64,000 nucleotides of DNA from an uncultured virus (IMG/VR IMGVR_UViG_3300024999_000095) (IMGVR_UViG_3300024999_000095), one strand, 5' to 3'; counted from the first letter of the stretch, positions 39,945 through 50,367 are shown. Translations and numbers: made by a program. Notes: a model not told the origin generated them from the letters alone.

Positions 39945-40476
39945 TGACGCTTGCCTTGATGAATCTTAGGGAGGTGGGGTTCTCGATGCACTCGGTATAC
40001 TTGTATTTTACTTCAGCGTCATACCTAGCCTGCGCCGCACTTAAAACGTCTGGGAATCTGCCGAGGATAAGAGTTTTCCCATCACCCCTAATATGGGACA
40101 GCCATTTCCCCCGCTTTTCATCAAAGCAAACTCCATTAACCCCAGATGTGTTCCTTTTTTGCGCCCCCTTGTTCCTCATATTCGTTTTGGTATCGCACTC
40201 TCTGAGGTTTTTTATCCGGTTGTCTTGCTTGATTCTGTTGATATGGTCTGTTTGGACTGGCCAGACTCCGTAGTGAAAAAGCCACGCAAGCCGGTGAGCA
40301 AGGTAATAGCGGCCATTGTAGAATATCCTTATATACCCAGCCCCGCTTTTGCACCCAACGATCTTCCCAAGTTTACCTTTCCCGTCTCCATCGCTTTTCC
40401 TATAGAAAAACCCAGTCTTAGGATTGTACCGGAATGCCGACATCAACTCTTCCCTGCTTGCTATCTCTCTTTTCAT
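39934..40476 (-). CDS. HNH homing endonuclease with AP2-like DNA-binding domain
   Basis: AHRLAW...DHINRIKQDNRIKNLR...N..N, NTSGVNGV...LG.F. Confidence 0.85.
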   Translation of the reverse strand: MKREIASREELMSAFRYNPKTGFFYRKSDGDGKGKLGKIVGCKSGAGYIRIFYNGRYYLAHRLAWLFHYGVWPVQTDHINRIKQDNRIKNLRECDTKTNMRNKGAQKRNTSGVNGVCFDEKRGKWLSHIRGDGKTLILGRFPDVLSAAQARYDAEVKYKYTECIENPTSLRFIKASVNGR

Positions 40477-40491
40477 TGCCCCTCCAAACAA

Positions 40492-40706
40492 AAAAATGAC
40501 TTCCCACCAGGATAGGCACCCGTAGAGGAGAGAACCCCCTTTCCTTGCCTATCGGCCCCTGGTGAGAAGCCATTCTTTTGGAACAATTTTTTGTTCATTT
40601 GATACCCACGGGTTTATAGGACGCAACCGAATAAGTCAACGAGGGGGGCCATCCCTCCATTTTTGGTTGCGCCTACAAGTTTAACATACCTGACAAAAAG
40701 ATGCAA
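40492..40706 (-). promoter_or_regulatory. Promoter plus structured leader/attenuator upstream of the HNH-primase-helicase genes
   Basis: TTGCAT-17 nt-TAAACT at 40678-40706; two large stem-loops, the second ending in a T7 run just before the SD. Confidence 0.6.
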
Positions 40707-41081
40707 CACTTTTTCACGAATAACGCTATATATAGCGTACCCATCATCCACCACCCCACCACATAAGCCCCATCACCGATTTCCCACGCGCCACCTGCAA
40801 TCAGTTGTTCGACTGGCTGCGGGAAATCGGATTGGCTGTCTCGGCAGGTTAGGCGGGATTATTCACCTTCTGCCTCAATCACCTGCAATACGTCTCTGGC
40901 AAAATCTATCCTCCCGCAAGCTACCCCGAGGTGAAATGCGTCATCAATGTTTCCACCTGCGTAATCGTCCACCATAAAATCGTCAGAGTCTGATACACAT
41001 TCTTCTGCTGCTGTTATTTTGATTAATGCCAATACTGCTCTTTTCATCATTACACCTAAATAGTTGAGTTAATTGGATATT

Positions 41082-41477
41082 CTAGAAAGGCACATCCTCG
41101 CCAGTGCCATTGTTCGACGGGAATGGTTCCGGCTCCTGCTGCTGCCCACCTTCCCCGCGAGGGCTGAGGAATTCCAACTCCCTCACGACCACCTCAGTCT
41201 TGTATCGTTCTCCCCCATCATTCGCCGTGTACTTCGTCGTCTTGAGTTTCCCCTCGATGTACACCTTGCTCCCCTTGTGGAGATATTCAGATGCCAGGGT
41301 TGCGAGACGATCCCACGCCGTGCAGTTTACCCACTCCGTACTCTCCTGCTGCTGCCCGCTCTTATCCTTGTACCGCTCAGTCACCGCGATACTGAACGAT
41401 GCTACCGGAGTGCCGCTGCCGGTGTACCTTAATTCCACTTCCCGGCCCAAATTCCCTATTGCTTGTACTTTCAGCAT
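41082..41477 (-). CDS. ssb: Single-stranded DNA-binding protein
   Basis: IGNLGREVELRYT...STEW...KGSKVYIEGKL...acidic DVPF tail. Confidence 0.92.
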   Translation of the reverse strand: MLKVQAIGNLGREVELRYTGSGTPVASFSIAVTERYKDKSGQQQESTEWVNCTAWDRLATLASEYLHKGSKVYIEGKLKTTKYTANDGGERYKTEVVVRELEFLSPRGEGGQQQEPEPFPSNNGTGEDVPF

Positions 41478-41884
41478 GTTATACCTCTTCCTCTTCAAAG
41501 TTTTCGATACTAATTTCACTGGTGCATTTCCAGCACACAGCGCACTCTTCTTCTATGACATCACTCTCGGCGGTAAAATTGTTTCCACCACAATCGGGGC
41601 AACGCCATTCCCGCACCAGCCGGTAGGTTACTGTCTCTGTCATACCCCCGCCTCCATGTCGAAGTTTGTCTTAGCCAGGTCGAGCAATTGCCGGATATCC
41701 TGCTTCGACTTGTGGGCGAAGTGGAGAAGGTCGATCATGAGGCCCAGGATATCGGTATCGAGTGTGTCCGCGTCGAACCCGTCCGTCTCCGGTGGTATCC
41801 ATGCCGCCAGTGCCACCTTCGCCCGTGCTACCCGCTCCGCATTCGCCGCCTTTCTATCCGCAGCCCCCGGCATTGCTCTGGTCA

Positions 41885-42490
41885 TCACGATACCTCTTGC
41901 AATTTCTTGACGATGGTTTCAAGTTCCTCTGAAAACCTCACAAGTTCCGCCTGCAATGCTGCATGAAATTTAGTATCAGGCTCGGCCTTGATCATCAGTG
42001 GTTTCATGCCAGGATAGTACGAGACAAACCACCAGTAGTCGCGTCCGGTTACAAACATGCTGCCCTGAACCTGCTGGTAATATGTCGATGGAATTTTGCC
42101 AGTGAGAAGATAATCAACGTGGGTAGCAAGTTGTGGACACTTGATCTCAATCCCGCCATTGTCACCAATCAACCCGTCAGGACTGCACCCCCATCGTCCA
42201 TCATCCTCGATACACAGACCAACCTCCTGAACTTCCGCGTCATGCAGCATACAGAAGAGAAGCCTTGCCTCTGCCTCCATCTCGATCCCTCTTGACATCG
42301 CCGCCGACTGGTATGATTCTTCCTTGCTGCCTGTAATTTTCTCCCCTGCCAGTTGGTAGAGGTACTTCGTCCGGCTCTTGCTTGGCTCTCCCTTAGTTGT
42401 GACTATCTCGGAAAACTTACTGGCGGTCGGCAGGCCAGCACGATATGACATCCATTCAGGTGATCCCTGGTCAACATTGATTATCTTCAT
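41885..42490 (-). CDS. YqaJ/lambda-exonuclease-family recombination exonuclease
   Basis: QGSPEW...TAS...SPDGL...IEIKCP...YYQQVQ. Confidence 0.88.
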   Translation of the reverse strand: MKIINVDQGSPEWMSYRAGLPTASKFSEIVTTKGEPSKSRTKYLYQLAGEKITGSKEESYQSAAMSRGIEMEAEARLLFCMLHDAEVQEVGLCIEDDGRWGCSPDGLIGDNGGIEIKCPQLATHVDYLLTGKIPSTYYQQVQGSMFVTGRDYWWFVSYYPGMKPLMIKAEPDTKFHAALQAELVRFSEELETIVKKLQEVS

Positions 42491-43236
42491 GGCTTGACCA
42501 GTGGCTTTTGCATGACTGCCGCCATGATAGTAGGAAGTTTACCTTGAGGAATTTCGCTCAACGCGCCGACAGCCGCCACCTTTTCGACGTACTCCATGAA
42601 CTTTTCCAGGATGACCCCCCTCGACCTCATTTCAGCTTCTAAAACGTCAAGCTGTTCAGAGGTAACAGGGTCCATATCAGGATTGCCGCCTCCAGGGCCT
42701 ACAAGGCCACCTGACGCGTTTTCTGTGCCGCCCCCTTGTGATGGTATTAGTGAACCAGGAGAAGCGTTCCAGCCGCCTATATGAAGCTCTCCTTTGTGCC
42801 ACAGGTCAAGTGCCGCTCCGAAGCGCATTGCCGCGTTCCTGAGAGCATCGCCTATCCGCTCCTTTGTAGCATTTGCGCCAGATTTGCCTTGTGCATCGCC
42901 GTAACCAAGGCGGGTCACTCCGCACACGGTCAGTTTGATCCACATACCGCCGTCTTTGTCGAGCACCGGATATCCATCTGGACCAACCGAAAGAAAGTCC
43001 CAACTCCAAAACGGGTCAACAGAGAGAAGCCTGTCAGTAATCGCTGCATGCCCCACATAATCGAGATGGATTATTTTAGGATGATGCCAACCGCCACAGA
43101 CTGAGCAATTCTTCTTATCTGAGGCAGGACACTCGTTTTGTGCCTTGGTGCCTTTCGGGAGTTTTGACACCTGATTCGGTAAAAAATCTTCCCTGAGTAA
43201 CTTCAATCTTTCAACCGCTTCTTTTGGTTCCATCAT
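42487..43236 (-). CDS. Rad52/Sak-like single-strand annealing protein
   Basis: LDYVGHAAITDRL...GVTRLGYG...K..IGDALRNAAMRFG..LDLW; adjacent to the exonuclease and SSB genes. Confidence 0.75.
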   Translation of the reverse strand: MMEPKEAVERLKLLREDFLPNQVSKLPKGTKAQNECPASDKKNCSVCGGWHHPKIIHLDYVGHAAITDRLLSVDPFWSWDFLSVGPDGYPVLDKDGGMWIKLTVCGVTRLGYGDAQGKSGANATKERIGDALRNAAMRFGAALDLWHKGELHIGGWNASPGSLIPSQGGGTENASGGLVGPGGGNPDMDPVTSEQLDVLEAEMRSRGVILEKFMEYVEKVAAVGALSEIPQGKLPTIMAAVMQKPLVKP

Positions 43237-43529
43237 TTCTCTCCGTTAATTTTTATCAGACCCTTACTCCGCAAAATCTCTTGCGTCCTAATCACACCCT
43301 CGTGAAACATCAGCGCCAATTCCTGCTGTGAATACTCCGACCACACCCGCCCATCCACCGCATCGTGGCAGGCTGAACATGCGTAGGCCGCTGCCATGTC
43401 GGAGTTTTTGCGCCCCATGCCTGCACCGTTGAGGTGGGCTAAAATGGTGGTTTCGGGATTTGAATTGCAAATTCCGGGTAATCTCACCTGGCATGGTTGC
43501 CCTTGTGCTGACTTGCGTATTTTGCTCAT
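43233..43529 (-). CDS. DUF1364/YbcO-like putative nuclease
   Basis: C.VRLPGIC..NPETT.LAH...ACSACHD..DGR. Confidence 0.8.
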   Translation of the reverse strand: MSKIRKSAQGQPCQVRLPGICNSNPETTILAHLNGAGMGRKNSDMAAAYACSACHDAVDGRVWSEYSQQELALMFHEGVIRTQEILRSKGLIKINGEK

Positions 43530-43885
43530 TTCCTCTTCCGCCTCTCAGCAAAATTGGTGTTGCGGATATGCTCAAGCACCTCTTCAAGCGTCCCGCTGAT
43601 AATGTGCCGTGGCTTCCCCTCTGCCTCACGAATCTCACCGATGATATAGTCAATCTCGGACTGGGTTTTGTTCGTGAGATGATGCTTTAATTCATCCTCA
43701 GTGATTTTCATCCATCTTCTCCCTGAGTGCTAAAATCTGCCGGTCGATGTCGGCTATGTTCTCCTTCAGGGTGGTAACGTCCTCGACATCGTAGTGATTT
43801 GTCCGGTCTGCGTAGAGGTAGTCGAGTAGGGTGGTCTGCATTGCACTTCGCCGGTTGATGAGGTATTCTAATTCGTCTGCGTCTG

Positions 43886-44362
43886 TCATTTTCTCTTGAT
43901 CCCCATTGCTCCATAGTAAAGGTCTTCAGGTTTCGGCAGGATTACCCCGATACCAGCATAGTGAACCTCCATTGCCTCAAGGTATCGTGACATCTCCTTA
44001 ACCTTCATGTCCCTCGTTACTGGGAAGTCGATTGCGCCGACCATGATTTCTAACTTCTGCTCGTAGGTCAGCGGACGGATTACCCTGTCGTACACTTCAC
44101 GAAACGCTTCATCTTCCCGCCGAATTGGTACGCCGAAATGCAGCTTGCAGTATGCCCGCTTATCCTCCGCTATCTCATCTCCCATATCAACAGCCGCATA
44201 TTTGTACCAGTGGAACGCCAGCCGGTTTTGTAGGTTGCTCCGGGAATGGTCGAGGTCTTTGATTATGACCTCCTGCGGGCCTCTTGATTCCAGAATAGCC
44301 TTGCAGCGGTTGCTGAGGACTACTATGTCATCGGGTGATGAGATGATTATTGAGGCCTTCAC
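43886..44362 (-). CDS. NinB-like recombination protein
   Basis: RS..QNRL..W...T..M.VKEM..YLE; GTG start overlaps the upstream stop. Confidence 0.65.
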   Translation of the reverse strand: MKASIIISSPDDIVVLSNRCKAILESRGPQEVIIKDLDHSRSNLQNRLAFHWYKYAAVDMGDEIAEDKRAYCKLHFGVPIRREDEAFREVYDRVIRPLTYEQKLEIMVGAIDFPVTRDMKVKEMSRYLEAMEVHYAGIGVILPKPEDLYYGAMGIKRK

Positions 44363-44765
44363 TCTGCCAGTTCCTCCGGGGTTGGTCTGCGCCAGGTGGT
44401 CCACATCGAAGTCGCCCCGCCAGAAGTCCATTTGTCGCCTCCGTTGTAGCACAACAGATGCCCTTCCTTATTGAGCCTACCCGCAGAGTACCGTTTACGA
44501 TTGCACGGACCCACAATCACCCGCTCCCCATCCCCAGGCACATCGAACTTCACCAACTTGCCGTCGATTATCTGGTGCAGGGAGTCTTTCCAATCGCCTT
44601 GCCATTCTGGCGTTGAGAATATTTTAATGCTTACCGCGTCGCCGTGAGTATTGTCCCACACGCTCTCGGTTGGGGTTGGTTTTTCATCATAAACCCACCA
44701 CTTGCCGTCCTTGTCCTTCGCCGTCCACTTCCACCGTGGGGCAATCTTCAGCTCAATCGTTTCGC

Positions 44766-45107
44766 TCATTCCATCACCTCATTAGATTGTTCATGCCACA
44801 CCACCGGCAACCGCCCCTTGCCCATCACTAACCAAGACCGCGTTTTGTCGAGATGGCAGAGTAGGAGCCAGTGATTCTTCTTCGCGTTAGTCCGAGCCTG
44901 CTTGACAAACTCAGGCACATTGATCAACTTACAGTTCTTCACTTCCACCGACACCACCCGACCGTCAGGGTCTTGGCACACCAGATCATCCGTGGACAAC
45001 CCCGAACTTGTATCAGCCAATATCAGCCAATCGCGGGATGTGAGCAGGTCTTTAGCTGCACGTTCGCCGCGCTTTCCCTTGTCTCTAGAGGACTTGCCCA
45101 TTACCAC
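44766..45107 (-). CDS. Holliday-junction resolvase-like PD-(D/E)XK nuclease
   Basis: SRDKGKRGER...DDL...VEVK. Confidence 0.7.
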   Translation of the reverse strand: MVMGKSSRDKGKRGERAAKDLLTSRDWLILADTSSGLSTDDLVCQDPDGRVVSVEVKNCKLINVPEFVKQARTNAKKNHWLLLCHLDKTRSWLVMGKGRLPVVWHEQSNEVME

Positions 45108-46475
45108 CTCCCGTGATAATTCGGCTTGCTAAACATTATCTCTCCAGTCTCAACCCAGTGATTCCAGTTTTTCCGCAAGGCATCCGAGTCGTACTCTGCC
45201 GTGCGCCCTGTTCTTTTATAGACAGACATTATGGACTCAGCGGAAATAGCGAAGTGGTGATATCTGTTGAACTCCACAAGTAAACATCCGCAGCACGTTT
45301 CTCTCCCGTTGTCAAAACTCCAAACCTTCGGGGTCTGCCCACAAAACGGACACTCATGCCAATCGCCTTCGGGTACTTTGTAAAAATCGAGGTCTACAAA
45401 GTCGTAACTAAAACTCTGGACTATCCCGAAATCTATTGCTTCAAGGTTCATCCTACCGCCCTCGTCAGTTCAGACACAGCGATGTAGAGATACTGATCAA
45501 TCAGTGCGAGGTGCCGCTCGTAGTTCTCCTTGCAATCCAGGGGCTGGGAAGGTACTCGCTTCGGGTTAGACTCGGACGCTGCCTTGAGGTTAGTAATAGT
45601 CCGCTTGATCGTATCGACAAGTTCAGCGTTGTGCTGCTCTACCGTCTTCATTTTCTCCGCTCTCTCTTCTGCGTTCAAACAATGGACGCATACCGTTCTG
45701 CCGTCTGCCTGGATATACATCAGGGAATTGTCCCACTGATTGCCGCATATTTCGCATCTGGTCATCGACATACCTCCATTACATTGTCGCATCCGTTAGA
45801 ACAGATGTAATCGTATTTGCCAGGACGGCGAATCTGCGCTAACCGATCCTTCCGCGATTTCTCAGACAATGCCTTGTACTCAGCGTTGCCCGTCTCATCG
45901 GCCATGCACTCGGTATGCAGAGGTTCCCAGATACGCTGTGAGTGCCAACCAAACCGCTCGACCCTGCCGCGAAGACCGTCCTTGCTAATGCCGATGTGCG
46001 CTGCAAGTTGGGCGATGGTGAAATAGCCAGCGTCGGTGTCGATCAGGGTTAGACGACCAGTGCCGTCTTGCTTGTTGATCATTACAGGGTTGCCTCTAAC
46101 CTTTGTTGGCTTCACGATTGCACTCCTTTTGCAATTTTTCATGATGGCTCCTTGGGTTGCGGGTTGATGGACTACTGCTGCATCGAAAGCCGATACGCCG
46201 TGAAGGATTTCCTTGCCGCCTTCTTCTGCGCCTTGGATGGTCTGGGCCTGTGCTTGCCGGGGATGATGTACGTCCCGTCCACCGGAGTCTTGACGATCTT
46301 CTCCGTGCCATTAAGATGGACAATCTTTTGCAGCACACAAGACACATGCACCACCTGACCGGCGAGTTTGCGCTTGGTCGCTGCCGCTACCTTCTTGCGC
46401 CGGGACTGGTATGCTTCGTAACTTTCACCTTCAAGACGCGCTGGGTTCATGTTCAGTTCAAACATTGTCATTCTC

Positions 46476-47192
46476 CTATTTTTTTGCTTTACGCCGTTCG
46501 ATGTGTGCCTTATGAAGTTTTTTTATTGCAGCCTCAGACGCATTGGGGATTGATAAAAACTTGGAGCAATCTATCGGATCATCACTCATCATCAAGTCAG
46601 ACAGCAGATGGACTAACGACCAATTTATCTCGACCCCATTCTTGACCTTTTTGTCGAAAATGATGACAGGTTGTTCCTTGCAGCACAAATGACCAGAAGA
46701 TTTGTCTATTGCGTTCCCGTAGCCGGTGTTCCTGTCGCCGGTGTTCCCGTCGCCGGTGTTCCTGTCGCCGGTGTTCCCGTAGCCGGTGTTCCTGTCGCCG
46801 GTGTTCCTGTCGCCGGTGTTCCTGTGGCCGGTGTTCCTGTCGCCGGTGTTCCCGTAGCCGGTGTTCCTGTCGCCGGTGTTCCCGTAGCCGGTGTTCCTGT
46901 CGCCATCAAACGAAACCTCTTCAACCAGTCGAATTTCCATGGCAACATGCTTCAAGTCTGCACCTGGGCCTTCACCTCGCATCACTCCCCGCGCCTCAAC
47001 CTTGAATATCCTCGTACCGGCATCGCTGTAAAAAGACCACGGGCCAGACGGATACTCACAGAAATGGAACCCACTCTCACACATTGCGATTTCGCCATTG
47101 TGCTTATGCCAAACCCCCAACTCAAACTGAAACCCACGGCATTGCATGTTCTTGTCGGTGGCCTTGAAACCTTTTACTATTTCGTCGGTCAT
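46476..47192 (-). CDS. Pentapeptide (G-x-x-N-T) repeat protein
   Basis: KGFKATDKNMQCRGFQFE...CESGFHFC N-domain, then 13 GDRNT/GYGNT-type units. Confidence 0.8.
   Translation of the reverse strand: MTDEIVKGFKATDKNMQCRGFQFELGVWHKHNGEIAMCESGFHFCEYPSGPWSFYSDAGTRIFKVEARGVMRGEGPGADLKHVAMEIRLVEEVSFDGDRNTGYGNTGDRNTGYGNTGDRNTGHRNTGDRNTGDRNTGYGNTGDRNTGDGNTGDRNTGYGNAIDKSSGHLCCKEQPVIIFDKKVKNGVEINWSLVHLLSDLMMSDDPIDCSKFLSIPNASEAAIKKLHKAHIERRKAKK
46709..46903. repeat. 15-bp tandem repeat, ~13 copies (coding)
   Basis: CCGGTGTTCC(C/T)GT(A/C/G)G units. Confidence 0.9.
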
Positions 47193-47279
47193 GTCACTCT
47201 CCTTAGATTTGCACTGCGAATGAGAAAATACATACCGCCATCGTCGCGGCGATTACTAGGTAGGACAGGATTGAGTTAA

Positions 47280-47531
47280 TCATCTCACACCCCTAAGCCT
47301 TTCAGCCGACTTGCGCCCAGCGTCGAGGTCGGACGCTTCGATGGTGGAGTAATCACGGTTCCGGTTTCGCTCGTTCATCCACTCTGCGATTGCTGCCGCT
47401 GAAAATTTATAGGTGCGGGGTCCGGTCTTGATGTATGGGAATCCTTCTTCCTCCATCAATCTTTTGATCGTTGGATACGAAGACCCCATGTGTTTCTCGC
47501 ATTGTTTGATGTTAATGATAATGTCGCTCAT
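47280..47531 (-). CDS. Excisionase/AlpA-like winged-HTH protein
   Basis: SYPTIKRL....GFP.IK.G....F....I.EW. Confidence 0.7.
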   Translation of the reverse strand: MSDIIINIKQCEKHMGSSYPTIKRLMEEEGFPYIKTGPRTYKFSAAAIAEWMNERNRNRDYSTIEASDLDAGRKSAERLRGVR

Positions 47532-47788
47532 TTCGTCACCTTCTTAGCTAGGATTTTCTCTTCGCGCTGTTTTCTGAAGAATTTTCTTAACCGGATATCC
47601 AACCTGTCACGCGGTCCTGCTGACCACCCCCAGATAGATATCCCGCTGACTTCCGCCAACTTTGTATAACTCTCCATCGAGATTGAAAATTTGTCTGCCT
47701 TGGCTCTTGACACCGTTAATGGGCAGACTCCTGCCGCCTCCGCTAGACGGTTTTGACTTGTGATGAATTCCACTTGCTTGTTTTCCAC
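47528..47788 (-). CDS. Cro-like HTH regulator
   Basis: SQNRLAEAAGVCPLTVSR HTH; divergent from the repressor gene. Confidence 0.65.
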   Translation of the reverse strand: MENKQVEFITSQNRLAEAAGVCPLTVSRAKADKFSISMESYTKLAEVSGISIWGWSAGPRDRLDIRLRKFFRKQREEKILAKKVTK

Positions 47789-48079
47789 GACCCCTCTCTT
47801 GTTAAATGGTTATCTGTATTAACAATTACAACCACCATTTGACGACAAAGTACCACCATCGAAAACGCAACGCAATCACAATTTTCTTATGTGTTGACGT
47901 TACTGTTGACGTTTTTAATTGTTTGCATTGCTAAATAGTTGATCTTGCTTATTATAAAAATAATGCAAAATTATCACTTGACCTTCACGATAAGATAATT
48001 ATAAGATTAAGTTGTTGTTTAAATCGTTGTTTACTTTACCTTGCTATGGTGTATACTTAAAACTCCGGGAGTCCCTGCT
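47789..48079. promoter_or_regulatory. Divergent immunity (switch) region
   Basis: AT-rich. Leftward TTGCGT-17-TACTTT (47847-47875); rightward -10 TATACT (48052-48057); direct repeat TGTTGACGTT at 47892 and 47904. Confidence 0.6.
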
Positions 48080-49189
48080 ATGGAACGTAAAAAAAAATCA
48101 CAGGCTAAGGAAATGACAAGAGAAGAGGTTGGGTATTTCCTCGTTGGGGTACAAACGACAATTGCCGAGAGAGGACTTGTGCAAAAAGATTTGGCACTCG
48201 AAGCTGGTGTCAGCCCTGAAAACTTCAGCAAGGTTCTCAATCGCCGCATCGGGTCATCCGCAAAGTACCGGAAAAAAATCTGTGATGCTCTTAGCGTAAC
48301 CGTTGAAGAAATGGTGATGATCGGCAAGCCTACCCCCGAACCTCAACAGGAGGCCACTAAATTCCCGGTGGCGATCCCCAAAGATTACCTTCCCGCTGAT
48401 GAGGTGGCGCAATACGTAGCCAGAGTGTCTACCTCTTTATTAGATATATCTGCTTCTTATTCTAAAATAGACGCCCGTTTAAAATATTGGCAGCAACTTT
48501 TTGAGACTATGCCAGTTCCTGTGGTCGTTCTTAGAGACGGGTTGGTTTATAATCAGAACCGGCGCAGCAGGGCGATCTGGGATGGTTTGGGCCGGTCGCT
48601 GTGTTCAGGGTGTCGAGACGAGAAGTGCAAGGAGTACGACTGCAATATCAAGGACGCAATTGATAAGGGGAAAGACATCGAAGTTTACAAGATGATCGGG
48701 GACGATTACTACAAAGTAATAGCAACTCATTTTTCAGCGAATAACCATGAATACACGACAATTGTTATTACCCCGATTGCTGAATGTAAAACAGCTATGG
48801 AAAAACTTACTCAACTTGCCGACGAGCGGGCATTCCTCGAAAGCAATCAATATGAGGCGGCAGAATACTACGCTGATGCAAATCGCCGCGTGAGTTACTG
48901 CAACCATGCATTTCTTCGACTATTTGAGATTGAACGCGACGACATAAAAACGACCGACGACTTTCATATTCTTTTGTCAAGGAAACTTTTCTACTTCCAG
49001 CACGTAGCGAAAGCAGCAGACGAGGTTCGTATGTCTAAGAAACCGGCAGAAGTGGTGGCAAAGTTGACGAACAATAAGACGGTCCATTTCATATTCAAAC
49101 CACATCTCAAGGACGGAGAACTGCAAGGGGTGATGGTGATGGTATTAACCCCTGAGTTATACGAGGCATTCAACGGAGGTGAAAAATGA
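48080..49189 (+). CDS. Putative phage repressor: XRE HTH + two PAS-like sensor domains
   Basis: QKDLALEAGVSPENFSKVLN HTH; LFETMPVPVVVLRDGLVYNQNRR (PAS1, with C-x2-C-x4-C-x4-C); YYADANRRVSYCNHAFLRLF...DGELQGVMVMV (PAS2); no S24 peptidase. Confidence 0.7.
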   Translation: MERKKKSQAKEMTREEVGYFLVGVQTTIAERGLVQKDLALEAGVSPENFSKVLNRRIGSSAKYRKKICDALSVTVEEMVMIGKPTPEPQQEATKFPVAIPKDYLPADEVAQYVARVSTSLLDISASYSKIDARLKYWQQLFETMPVPVVVLRDGLVYNQNRRSRAIWDGLGRSLCSGCRDEKCKEYDCNIKDAIDKGKDIEVYKMIGDDYYKVIATHFSANNHEYTTIVITPIAECKTAMEKLTQLADERAFLESNQYEAAEYYADANRRVSYCNHAFLRLFEIERDDIKTTDDFHILLSRKLFYFQHVAKAADEVRMSKKPAEVVAKLTNNKTVHFIFKPHLKDGELQGVMVMVLTPELYEAFNGGEK

Positions 49190-50292
49190 GTGCGATAGTA
49201 CGGGAGAAACCCAAAGGTTCAGGCACATGGTACGTTTTTGTCAATGACAACGGCCACCGACGAGCAGCCAAGATGCCCAACCGCCGCACCGCCGAGGTGA
49301 TTGCAAAGGAAATCAACGCTGAGATGATCGCCGGGAAATTCAATCTCGGTACTAAGGAGGCGGGAACGGTGCGGGAGTATGCTGAACGGTGGATGGAACA
49401 CTCTACGGTCAAACCAGCTACCCGCAGCAATTACCAATCAATCCTGACCACCCACATCTACCCCAAGTTTGCCGATAAGCCGGTTGACCAGATCAAGCGG
49501 GGAGATGTAAAAGACTTTTTGAAGAAGAAGATCAAGGATGGATTGAGCCTGTCCACGGCCAAGAATATCAAGGCGGCACTCTACAACATTTTTGAGACTG
49601 CCCTGGACGATGAGGCTATCCCCTCAAACCCTGCAAGTCGGGTCGGTGAGTTGGTAGCGAGGAATCAGAAGGCGCACACTACCGGCAAGGCTGGATTCTT
49701 CACGCCGGAAGAATTGACTAAATTGTTAAACGCTTTCCTCAAGTATCGACCGCAACACTACTTGCTTGCGTTGTTATTGGCACGTACAGGCATGAGGGTT
49801 GGTGAAGCTGTAGCTTTGCAATGGCGGGACTGCAACTTTGACACTAAACAGATATCAGTGAGACGGGCGAAGTCGCGGACGGTCATCGACACTACCAAAT
49901 CAGGCAAGGATAGACTGATAGATATGAGTGACCAGTTAGCCTCCGAATTGAGGAAGAAGCGCACCGAGGCAGTGTCCGACTCACTCAGAACGGGGCGAAG
50001 GTCAGACTATATATTCGTCGGCAGGACAAGTGCGACACTCGACCCGACTGCGTGGCGTAAGCGCAACTTCGATCCGATGTGTGAAAAGGCGGGGCTGGGG
50101 AAAAGGTTGGTTAAGGATCTCCGGCATACTTACGCATCGTTACTCCTGTACCACGGCAAGTCGCTGAAATATGTGCAGCAGCAACTCGGACATCACTCTA
50201 TCAAGATTACGGCAGACACGTACTCGCACCTCATCAAGAACCCGGATCATGGGACTGTTAATGTGCTGGACGATGTAGTGAGTGGGGAGTAG
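49186..50292 (+). CDS. int: Tyrosine integrase
   Basis: RTGMRVGEA, K, DLRHTYAS, QLGH...T.D.YSH catalytic motifs; ATGA overlap with the repressor stop. Confidence 0.93.
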   Translation: MSAIVREKPKGSGTWYVFVNDNGHRRAAKMPNRRTAEVIAKEINAEMIAGKFNLGTKEAGTVREYAERWMEHSTVKPATRSNYQSILTTHIYPKFADKPVDQIKRGDVKDFLKKKIKDGLSLSTAKNIKAALYNIFETALDDEAIPSNPASRVGELVARNQKAHTTGKAGFFTPEELTKLLNAFLKYRPQHYLLALLLARTGMRVGEAVALQWRDCNFDTKQISVRRAKSRTVIDTTKSGKDRLIDMSDQLASELRKKRTEAVSDSLRTGRRSDYIFVGRTSATLDPTAWRKRNFDPMCEKAGLGKRLVKDLRHTYASLLLYHGKSLKYVQQQLGHHSIKITADTYSHLIKNPDHGTVNVLDDVVSGE

Positions 50293-50329
50293 GGGCTTTG
50301 CAACCTTGCGCAACGGAATGCAACTGGAA

Positions 50330-50367
50330 AAATAAAAAGGGTTCTCAGATTGCTCTGGAACCCTTTG
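50330..50367 (-). terminator. Rho-independent terminator after the attP tRNA fragment
   Basis: AAAGGGTTC...GAACCCTTT followed by a T-rich tract on the minus strand. Confidence 0.7.

Noticed and set aside
36285..40764. 12-bp inverted repeat (ATGTGGTGGGGT / ACCCCACCACAT) flanking the replication module, suggesting an invertible or transposable unit
   Set aside because: Matches of this length arise by chance in 64 kb, the left copy is part of a local hairpin, and there is no transposase/invertase or target duplication.
46671..47279. ORFs with VAGVP, ATGTP or RRCSC repeats; possible CRISPR-like array
   Set aside because: They are alternative frames of the 15-bp coding repeat in the pentapeptide protein. 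There are no unique spacers and no cas genes.
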